Below the pieces are notes generated by a model that was not told the DNA's origin, made no database searches, and saw only the letters and a program-made list of their open reading frames with translations. From the NCBI GenBank assembly GCA_046582655.1, contig JAYGDX010000368.1, forward strand, positions 1 through 36,404: a stretch of DNA of 36,404 bases. Direction: 5' to 3'. The stretch comes from Candidatus Poribacteria bacterium. Lineage in GTDB: Bacteria > Poribacteria > WGA-4E > UBA9662. Positions 28,320 to 36,404 of the stretch are shown piece after piece (position 1 is the first letter of the stretch; each line of letters begins with the position of its first letter). The position numbers and the translations under genes are program-made.

Positions 28320-29333
28320 ATGCTGAAGCGATTGATGATTTTTCATGTGAGTGTTCTGGTATATGTAAGCAATCTTGTACACGCTGAAGGTTTCAGGATC
28401 GAGTTGGGTGACTCTGAGGTTGTCCAAGGTATGGAATCAGGAGTACCTGTGTACCCGTGGTTTCCAGATGGTCATATTACTATTTTAAAAAATGGGGATG
28501 TTCTGCAGATGTACTGGGCAGGATCATCTAGCTATAGGACTGTTGGTAGATCTCTAGAGTCAATGGAATTGAATCCCACTAAACCAGTTTTGTCCAAGGG
28601 AGAAGGGACATCCTTTGATAATGGGGGAGCGTGGTTGATGTCCGTGCATCGTTTCTCGGAGCAAAACCTGCTTGGATTTTATCATGCAGAAGACCATGAA
28701 TGGGGACACCGAAATCCTGATAAGGTAGCATGGAAGTCAATAGCAATATGCGAATCCACGAATGATGGAATTTCGTGGACTAAGGCAGGACAGATTATTG
28801 CATCTCCCAAAGAAAAGCCGTCCACACCGATGTGGGGAGGAAGCGGAGATTTCTGTGTAGTATATGACAACCTGAACTCTCAATGGGTTTGTTACTATCA
28901 AGAGCACTTTCTTTACATGGCGATATCTAGTGACTTCAGAGCCCTCCCGGGGAGTTGGTTCAAATACTATCAAGGAGGGTTCACTGAACCTGGATTGGGA
29001 GGAAAAGAGAGTCCTATTGAAGGTCTGAAGAGTCACCCAGGTGGAAATCCATCTGTCCATTTCAATACGTATTTGAAAAGGTGGCTGATGGTATGGCACT
29101 CTTGGCAAGGCGACATCGTTTATTCTTCAAGCCAAAATATGACAGAGTGGGAAGTTCCGAGGCTTCTTGTCTCCAATAGGTCAAATGAGAAGACATGGTA
29201 TGCAACTATTATTGGAGTCACTGACACAGTCGCAGCCCGTCATGCGTTTCTTTATTATGCCTACTGGCCGGATAAGAATGACTGGAAAAGACAGTTTGTG
29301 AAGCGCCCTCTTCGATTCATAAAGGATAAATAG
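28320..29333 (+). CDS. Secreted hypothetical protein, probable glycoside-hydrolase-like beta-propeller
   Basis: Signal peptide ending VHA-E; WFPDG, FDNGGAW, GFYHAED, Asp-box-like STNDGISW, GSGDF, NPSVHFNTYLKRWLMVW. Confidence 0.7.
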   Translation: MLKRLMIFHVSVLVYVSNLVHAEGFRIELGDSEVVQGMESGVPVYPWFPDGHITILKNGDVLQMYWAGSSSYRTVGRSLESMELNPTKPVLSKGEGTSFDNGGAWLMSVHRFSEQNLLGFYHAEDHEWGHRNPDKVAWKSIAICESTNDGISWTKAGQIIASPKEKPSTPMWGGSGDFCVVYDNLNSQWVCYYQEHFLYMAISSDFRALPGSWFKYYQGGFTEPGLGGKESPIEGLKSHPGGNPSVHFNTYLKRWLMVWHSWQGDIVYSSSQNMTEWEVPRLLVSNRSNEKTWYATIIGVTDTVAARHAFLYYAYWPDKNDWKRQFVKRPLRFIKDK

Positions 29334-29448
29334 AGTCGTAACATTATCTGAGACTAAGTATCCTCTTGTTACTGATCTTTATCCATTAGTTCACTTACTG
29401 AGAGCATTTTGGTATTTTATCCTACATTAGCTAGGTCAAAAAAACAGA

Positions 29449-30860
29449 ATGAAATCATTCATGTTAGTAATGACAGCATGTTTTGCTTTCTATGCGATTG
29501 CAGTTGAAGGAATTAGTCAAGATCAATAGGAACTGGTAGTCGCACCGAATCAGTTGCCAAAGTGGCGTGGTTTTAATCTATATAGAGAATATCTAAAAGG
29601 ATTGGTTGAATGGGCCATTTGTTGAAGAAGATTTTCAACTGATCGACGAACTAGGTTTCAATTTTGTTCGCTTACCAATGGACTATCGCGTCTGGATTAA
29701 AGACAATGATTGGACCAAGTTTGATGAAAGTGTGTTTACAGAAATTGATCAGGCCATTGAATGGGGAAAGCAGTATGGTATTCATGTCTCATCAACCTTA
29801 AGAGGAGACGAATCTGTGGGCAGATGCTGAAACGCGATAGGGTATGCGCGATGCACTGGACGTTCTTTGCCCGTCGGTACGAGGGAATACCCAACCGATA
29901 GTTGAGTTTTAACCTCTTTAATGAACCCAGCCATGTAGACGGAAAGACCTACGCTCAGGTAGTGAAGTAGATGGTGGAAGCAATTCGAGCCGAAGATGCA
30001 GATTGGTTGATTATTGTCGATGGATTGGGCGGGCAAACCGTGCATTGAACTCATATCGTAAATATTGCTTAAGCAACACGAGGCTATGCGCCATCAAATG
30101 TCTCTCACTACCGAGCTAACTGGGTCAGTGAAACAAATCTGATGACGGAACCTACATGGCCTCTACTAAGGGCTAATGGATATCTATACGGTTCGTATCA
30201 GCGTGAACTGCAATCTCCCCTTGATCTTAGAAGGTAGTTTCGATCAAGAAATAAGACTTCAGTTGAGAGGCGGTAAAGTGTCCAGTAGAATGGGAGGAGG
30301 TTGCCTACAATCCAGAGTGGCAGATTTACCAGAATATCTTCAACCGTGATTACACAATACCCATTCCTTCAGGAACACAGGCTATTGTGCTGAAGAACAT
30401 CAAAGGAGATTGGATCAATCTAATTGAATTGGGGATTGATGATGAAGACCAAGAGTACATCCTTAGCTTTATAAGCAATTGGGGTGAAAAGCAGAAATTG
30501 ATCTGTGTGACCCACAATGCTAACTTCAGACGCAATCTTCTTATGATCAATCGTGGCTGTGAGAAGACTTCATCCGCCCGTGGCAGAAACTTGAGTTGCA
30601 GAACGTTGGTGTGATGGTGGGAGAATGGGGCCTACAATAAAACGCCGCATAAAATGGTATTGAGATGGATGGAGGACTGTTTACAAAACTGGCAGAAATC
30701 AGGTTGGGATGGGCGTTGCGGAATTTCCAAGGCAGCTTTGGTATTTTGGATAGTGGTCGTGTGGATGTCCAATACGAAGATTGGCGCGGACATCAGTTTG
30801 GATTGCTAGATGCTGAGTCTATTACAGAGATACAAAAAATGGAAACTCATTACCTTTAAA
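29449..30860 (+). pseudogene. Heavily degraded GH5 (cellulase-family) glycoside hydrolase
   Basis: Fragments across frames: signal peptide MKSFMLVM.., LPKWRGFNL, ELGFNFVRLPMDYR, LSFNLFNEP (acid/base motif at 29920-29928), RGYAP..SHYRANW, VMVGEWG (nucleophile near 30623), YNKTPH, GWALRNF.GSFGILDSGR. Many stops and frameshifts; end coordinate approximate. Confidence 0.9.
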
Positions 30861-31114
30861 TAGGTGATTTTGCCTGCCCATTTAAAGATCCTTCGAAGTA
30901 TGGTTCTGATTGGGCAGAACACGGTTGCAAAGAACCATAAGGTTCTGGTGGACATTTTCGTTAATGATGGATTTCTGCCACTATTTAGATTCATGTTTAC
31001 AAATTGGCACCAATGGCTATCATCTGGAATTGGTGGATGTTTGCTTGTAACGGGATGTGCGGAATTATCCTACTCTGATGGGGTCGCACAATGCAGAGTA
31101 GGAGCGAAATCCGC

Positions 31115-31144
31115 TTGACTAGGTTTCTTGTGAAATAGTATAAT
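31115..31144 (+). promoter_or_regulatory. Sigma70 promoter for the YCF48-like gene
   Basis: TTGACT (31115-31120), 18-bp spacer, TATAAT (31139-31144); AGGAGA RBS before TTG 31229. Confidence 0.7.
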
Positions 31145-31228
31145 TTTCTAACATAGTTACTCGAAATTTAACATGCTTTCTTACATGGATTTGCTTGTCT
31201 TACTAAAATAAAGAAATAGGAGAATAAG

Positions 31229-33145
31229 TTGAGATTGGGAAAGGGAATAGGTGTTACATTCACGATATGTTCAATAGTTTTTTTGTTGCTTAGTTTAGTG
31301 AACATTATTCATGCCCAAGGGAATTGGAGTCTCGTACGAGGATCGAAATGGCAATCCAACTTGAACGATGTTTTCTTTGTTGATAGTTCTCATGGATGGA
31401 TTGTTGGATCGAACTCGACAATCTTACATACAAGTGATGGTGGGGAAAATTGGATTGATCAACCTAATCAACCATTGCCTTTTAAAGTCGAATTGCTCAA
31501 AGTCCGTTTCATTTCACCCAAGGTTGGCTGGGTTGTTGGTGAAAATGGTACTATCCTAAAAACTGTTGATGGCGGATCTACTTGGCAAAAATTAACAACG
31601 GGAACTTTCACCGTTTTGCAAGCTGTGTCATTTGTTGATGAAAAACATGGCTGGTTAACAGGTGAAGGGGGACTTATTATGGTAACAGACAATGGTGGAC
31701 GCAGTTGGACAAAACAAAATAATAAGGATACAACGAATAATTCTTTATTGAGTGTACATTTCGATAGCCTAACAGAAGGTTGGGCTGTTGGTAAAGCTGG
31801 TACTGTTATTCACTCCATAGATGGTGGAGTGACATGGGTAGACCTAAAAGGAAAAACTGCTTCAAGTCTATCGTCTCTCTGTATGCTTACAAATAAAGTT
31901 GGCTGGGCAGCGGGCGGAAATGGTGCCTTGATCCATACCATAGATGGTGGGGAAAGTTGGGAAGATCGAACGGAAGACAGTAATGTGCCTCATTCAAACG
32001 GAATGCCCGAACCCATCTGGGGTATCCACTTTGCTAACCAGAATCTTGGTCTTGCTGCAGCTGAGTTCGGGGTGATACTACGAACGGTTGATGCGGGAGC
32101 AATATGGACCGCATTGAACCCTCGTCCCGCACCGAACAAACTGAATGCAGTTTACATGGTTTCAGAAAAAGAAGCGTGGATTGTTGGAGATTACAGCACC
32201 ATCCTTCATAGTTCCGATGGTGGTGAATCTTGGGATGTCATTTCAAGCAATGCCGACTTGAAAAAGATCACCTTCATTGATGCCAATAAGGCATGGGTGG
32301 TTGGACTATCAGGAACTATTTTAAGCACAGGTGACGGCGGTAAAACTTGGTCCGAACAAAACAGCGGAAATGTGTTTGAGTTGTTCGGTATTGGTTTTGT
32401 CTCACCAATTCAGGGTTATGTTGTCGGCAGTAACGCCACATTGCTTGAGACATCTGATGGCGGTGACAGTTGGCAGATGGTCAACGACCCTAGCGATGAA
32501 GGTCATGGAACAGTCGAACGAATTGTTTTTGATGATCCGATGACAAGTTGGAAAAGCGCCCTTGGTTTCTACAACCTTCATTTTCCAACTCCAACTCATG
32601 GTTGGGGAGTTGGAGAGATGGGCAAGATCGCTCACACTAGCAATGGAGGTAAAACTTGGTTAGGACAGTCAACTAATGATCCGCAAATCGATTTTAGCAA
32701 TTTGTTCGGTGTGTACTTCGTAGGCACAAATACTGGTTGGACTGTTGGCGCTGGTGGGGCGATTGCCAAAACAACCGATGGTGGTAAGATGTGGCAAGCG
32801 CAATACGGTTGTTCTGAAGAACTGAGATCCGTTTTTGCGCTTGACGCTGATATTGCCTGGGTTGTTGGCAGCCAAGGCGCGATTTATGCTACTAAGGATG
32901 GTGGTTCTACTTGGACACGGCAAATTGCTCCGACTGACGAAAATCTACATGGTGTTACTTTCGCTGATGCCGAAAAAGGCTGGGTTATTGGCGATAATGG
33001 TGTAATACTGCAAACGAAAGATGGTGGTGCCACTTGGCTTATGCAGGGGAGTCCGACAACAAACAACCTGTCCGATATTGCTCAATCTGAAGACGGTACA
33101 TTCTGGGCAGTTGGTGCGTGGGGAACAATTATTGCAACGCGATAA
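31229..33145 (+). CDS. YCF48-related/BNR repeat protein, probably two beta-propellers, secreted
   Basis: About 14 repeats of LxxVxFxDxxxGWxVGxxGTILxTxDGGxTW; signal peptide ending IHA-Q. Confidence 0.92.
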   Translation: MRLGKGIGVTFTICSIVFLLLSLVNIIHAQGNWSLVRGSKWQSNLNDVFFVDSSHGWIVGSNSTILHTSDGGENWIDQPNQPLPFKVELLKVRFISPKVGWVVGENGTILKTVDGGSTWQKLTTGTFTVLQAVSFVDEKHGWLTGEGGLIMVTDNGGRSWTKQNNKDTTNNSLLSVHFDSLTEGWAVGKAGTVIHSIDGGVTWVDLKGKTASSLSSLCMLTNKVGWAAGGNGALIHTIDGGESWEDRTEDSNVPHSNGMPEPIWGIHFANQNLGLAAAEFGVILRTVDAGAIWTALNPRPAPNKLNAVYMVSEKEAWIVGDYSTILHSSDGGESWDVISSNADLKKITFIDANKAWVVGLSGTILSTGDGGKTWSEQNSGNVFELFGIGFVSPIQGYVVGSNATLLETSDGGDSWQMVNDPSDEGHGTVERIVFDDPMTSWKSALGFYNLHFPTPTHGWGVGEMGKIAHTSNGGKTWLGQSTNDPQIDFSNLFGVYFVGTNTGWTVGAGGAIAKTTDGGKMWQAQYGCSEELRSVFALDADIAWVVGSQGAIYATKDGGSTWTRQIAPTDENLHGVTFADAEKGWVIGDNGVILQTKDGGATWLMQGSPTTNNLSDIAQSEDGTFWAVGAWGTIIATR

Positions 33146-33277
33146 TTTTAAATCTTGCGCCTACTGAAAAACAGGATTGGGAGTAAGTACTCGGTTTTTG
33201 GCTTTGATTGGTTTTCTGGCTAACTTAAAGCTGTTTCCCGATGCTTATTCCCTTTCGTATTTCTAGGGTGAGTTAAA

Positions 33278-34612
33278 GTGTTTTCTCTTAATTCTTTGCT
33301 GGTTTTGTTTTTTTTAATATTACTGTGTACTTCAACTGCGTTTGCACAGGATATCGCCACCATTTTTACTCTTGAAGAAAGCATCCAGTTGGCAGAAAAA
33401 AATAACCTACAAATCCGATCTGTCAAAAAGAAACTGAAGCAAGTCAAGAAAGAAGAGCGTATTGCAAAACCTTTTGCCTTACCATCCATCAGTTTTACAG
33501 GAAACTACACTTATTTCGGTGAATTGGCCAAAAACGTACTTCCTCCGTTTTTACCCGGAGCTGAACCGGTTGAAGTAACTTTCGGCGCACATCGTAATTT
33601 TCAAGCCGGCCTGGCTTTTAGACAACCACTTTTTGCCTCAGGTCGCCACCTGTATACCTATCAAAGTGTCAAACTGAATGTTCAAGTTGCAGAGGAAGAG
33701 CTTAAGGCGCAGCGGAACCAATTGAACTTTGACGTGGCTCAGGCCTTTTATGGTTTACTGGCCACTATGGAGTTCGTTAAAGTATCGCAAAGTGTGGTTG
33801 ATTTGGCCGAACAGCAACTGAGCATATCGCAGAAACTATTTGATTCCGGGACATCAACCAATTTTGATGTACTTCGTGCCAAGGTACAACTTGCAAATGC
33901 TAAATCAGAACTCATCCGTGCCAAAAATGCAATTCTGACCGCTAAAGATGCATTTAAGAATCTATTGAATATTGACCAACAAGATGCAATTGGAATTCAA
34001 GGGGATTTTAATTTGCCAACAATCAAATTGGATCTTGATCAATTAATACAGACAGCAACTAAAAACCGATCGGAACTTAATCGACTGAATTATGTCAGAC
34101 AGATAAGTGAAAAAGAAGTTGCGAGGGTAAAAACGAATGCTCGACCTAGTCTCTCACTTTTTTCTAATTATCAACTTGATGAGAACGAAAAGCTGTCTAA
34201 AATGAACCGGGTATGGAACATTGGTCTTTCGCTGAATTACCCTATATTTGATGGTTTGGTAACTAAAGCACTAGTACAGCGAGCTGAATTGAATGTAGAA
34301 CAACTCGCATTGCAAGAAGAACAAACTCATGATCTTATTAAATTTGAAGTACGTTCTGCCTGTCTGAAATTAATGGAAGTGCAAACACTGATTGAGGTGC
34401 AGAAGGAAACTATCGAGCAGGCTAAAGAAGGAGTTCGACTGGCAAATTTGCAATATGAAAATGGGTTAATTACAAGTGTCCAGTTGACAGATGCTCAACT
34501 GGCGCTTACACAGGCAAAAATTAGTCGTCTCCTATCATTGCGTGATTATGCTGTTGGATACGCAAACCTCCAAAAAGCTGTTGGTACAGCAATCGAAAAA
34601 AATGAGGGATAG
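33278..34612 (+). CDS. TolC-family outer membrane efflux protein
   Basis: Signal peptide (AFA-Q), TLEESIQLAEKNN, LPSISF, QPLF, VAQAFYGLL, DVLRAKVQL, LNYPIFDG, YENGLIT...DAQ. Confidence 0.92.
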   Translation: MFSLNSLLVLFFLILLCTSTAFAQDIATIFTLEESIQLAEKNNLQIRSVKKKLKQVKKEERIAKPFALPSISFTGNYTYFGELAKNVLPPFLPGAEPVEVTFGAHRNFQAGLAFRQPLFASGRHLYTYQSVKLNVQVAEEELKAQRNQLNFDVAQAFYGLLATMEFVKVSQSVVDLAEQQLSISQKLFDSGTSTNFDVLRAKVQLANAKSELIRAKNAILTAKDAFKNLLNIDQQDAIGIQGDFNLPTIKLDLDQLIQTATKNRSELNRLNYVRQISEKEVARVKTNARPSLSLFSNYQLDENEKLSKMNRVWNIGLSLNYPIFDGLVTKALVQRAELNVEQLALQEEQTHDLIKFEVRSACLKLMEVQTLIEVQKETIEQAKEGVRLANLQYENGLITSVQLTDAQLALTQAKISRLLSLRDYAVGYANLQKAVGTAIEKNEG

Positions 34613-34665
34613 TTTATGGTATCATTCCAACTGGTAGTGATTTCTGAGAATTTAAACAATTAATT

Positions 34666-36297
34666 GTGAGTATTCAAATAATGATGAGAGGAAATTACAT
34701 CTCCTATTTTATCATATTATTCATTTGGTTTGGTATTGGATGTCAAAAACCAGGTGAGCTTAGTTCAAAGAATCAGGCTGAATCAGGCTCCGTAACTGAA
34801 AACGTCAAACCGGTTGAAGTCACGAAGGTGGAGAAAGGTAATATCCAATCGGAACTTGAGCTATCCGGATCAATTAAAGCTAATTCGCAAGTGGTTGTTG
34901 TGTCACAAGTAGTGGGTGAAATTATTGAAGTGCTTGTTAGTGAAGGGCAGTTCGTTACAAAAGGAGAAGTAGTTGCGGTTATTGAGAGTGAAGAATTGAA
35001 GTTGCGTCTCCTTCAAGCACAAGCTGCGTATCACGCTGCTGAGATAAAATATACTCAAGCTCAAAAACTAGCAAAAATTCGTATCTCTGCGCAGGTTGCG
35101 CAAGCCCGATCACAATTATCTGCGGCCGAAACCGAGCTTCAGCAGGTTTTAGATCTATCTCAAAAACAGACATTATCAAAAATCGAACAAGCCGAAGCAG
35201 GTTTGGCTTCTCTTCAAGCAAATTTTGAAAAGATTCGAGGTGGTACACGGGAAGAGGATAAAAAACGAGCCCAAGCTGCTGTTGACCAGGCAAAAGCGAA
35301 CCTGACCAACATTCAGAGCAACTATAATCGCATGAGGCCCCTTTTCGATGATGGTGCCATCAGTGCTCAATCTTTTGATAATGTTCAGGCACAGCTTGGT
35401 ATTTCCAAGGCGCAGTACGATGCTGTGATTGAGCAGAAAAAACTTATTGATAGAGGCCCTCAGGAGGAAGACATCCGGGCGGTTGGAGCACAGGTGAAAC
35501 AAGCCGAAGCAGCGGTTAGACTAGCACGATTATCCAACGAGACAAAAACATGGGAAAAGGACATCTCTCTGATGCAATCGCAGGTTGAAAGCGCACGGGC
35601 AAATTTGCAGTCAGTTGAAGCTCTAGAGAACGCCAAAAGCTGGGAGGCTGAAATTGCGTCTGCTGAGACATTGGTAATTCAAGCCCAAGCTTCTGCCGAC
35701 CTAGCCAAGAAAATGCTCTCATACGCAACAATCATTGCCCCTATTGCAGGCATTATCTCAAAACTTAATCTTGATCCTGGCAATATAGTTACTCCGGCGG
35801 TATCTATATGCGAGATTGTAGATATGCACTCAGTTAAGGCCGTAGTATACGTTATTGAATCGGACCTGCCTAAAGTTGAAGTTGGACGTGAAGTCAGCAT
35901 CAATGTGGATAGTTGGGATGAACCATTTTCTGGCCGAATCTCTGAAATAAGTCCCGTTCTGGATATATCAAGTAGATCTGCGAAAGTAGAAATAGTTCTT
36001 AGCAACCCTGATCTGCGACTCAAACCGGGGATGTTTTCAAAGGTAACGATACCTCTCCAAATCCGTAAAGGGGCCATTATATTATCCAGATCTGCTATTA
36101 TCAGAAGCGTTGTATCAGGTGAGTATTCGGTATTTATAATTGATTCTGGTATTAGCAAGCAAAGACAAATAGGATTGGGGCTCTCCAAGGGAGATATTGT
36201 TGAAATACGAAGTGGTCTCTCAAGTGGAGAACAGGTTGTAACAGCAGGTCAGCATTCACTAAGAGATGGTGACAAGGTTAAAATTGTGAATCGCTAA
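34666..36297 (+). CDS. Efflux periplasmic adaptor (membrane fusion protein) with an extended coiled-coil hairpin
   Basis: Lipobox-like FGIGC, PVEV, lipoyl halves (VSEGQFVTKGEVVA, IIAPIAGII), LKPGMF, GLSSGEQVV.AG...LRDG. The start may instead be ATG 34681 or 34684. Confidence 0.9.
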   Translation: MSIQIMMRGNYISYFIILFIWFGIGCQKPGELSSKNQAESGSVTENVKPVEVTKVEKGNIQSELELSGSIKANSQVVVVSQVVGEIIEVLVSEGQFVTKGEVVAVIESEELKLRLLQAQAAYHAAEIKYTQAQKLAKIRISAQVAQARSQLSAAETELQQVLDLSQKQTLSKIEQAEAGLASLQANFEKIRGGTREEDKKRAQAAVDQAKANLTNIQSNYNRMRPLFDDGAISAQSFDNVQAQLGISKAQYDAVIEQKKLIDRGPQEEDIRAVGAQVKQAEAAVRLARLSNETKTWEKDISLMQSQVESARANLQSVEALENAKSWEAEIASAETLVIQAQASADLAKKMLSYATIIAPIAGIISKLNLDPGNIVTPAVSICEIVDMHSVKAVVYVIESDLPKVEVGREVSINVDSWDEPFSGRISEISPVLDISSRSAKVEIVLSNPDLRLKPGMFSKVTIPLQIRKGAIILSRSAIIRSVVSGEYSVFIIDSGISKQRQIGLGLSKGDIVEIRSGLSSGEQVVTAGQHSLRDGDKVKIVNR

Positions 36298-36404
36298 TTA
36301 TATTGGTGGTATATGTGAACCAGAGAAATGAGCACCATCAAACAGCAGTTACTTGGCGGTCAATCCTGATAGGACTTCTGCTGATTCCGCTGAACGTTTT
36401 TTGG

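Noticed and set aside
31229..33145. Photosystem II assembly role for the YCF48-like protein
   Set aside because: No photosynthesis genes are present; this repeat type is widespread in non-phototrophs.
1..36404. CRISPR array, IS/transposase, integrase, prophage or defence system
   Set aside because: No regularly spaced non-coding repeats or diagnostic motifs seen; all periodicity traces to protein repeats (TPR, HEAT, FG-GAP, BNR).

Overview
Bacterial genomic window, mostly AT-rich, with no rRNA, tRNA, CRISPR array or recognisable mobile element. Gene content suggests Candidatus Poribacteria (inference): two LamG proteins ending in an AVxPKxKLxxxWxxI/VK tail, a DUF6785/6784-type membrane protein, CRTAC1/ASPIC-UnbV, YCF48/BNR and sialidase-like propellers, and a sulfatase maturase. 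About 22 intact CDS encode secreted repeat proteins, glycan/amine catabolic enzymes and a TolC plus long adaptor pair. Three genes are broken: a TPR-glycosyltransferase duplicate, a RidA-family gene and a GH5 hydrolase. Top leads: (1) an apparent operon at 4172-7030 with a strong promoter, a structured leader of about 225 nt, a 2x[4Fe-4S] ferredoxin, a His-rich 4-TM protein, two small membrane ORFs (54 and 40 aa) missing from the ORF track, a radical-SAM sulfatase maturase and a terminator; (2) a bacterial flavoprotein resembling animal OSGIN1/2; (3) a shared C-terminal tail on the LamG proteins that may be a sorting signal. All family calls come from motif recognition by eye; no searches were run.
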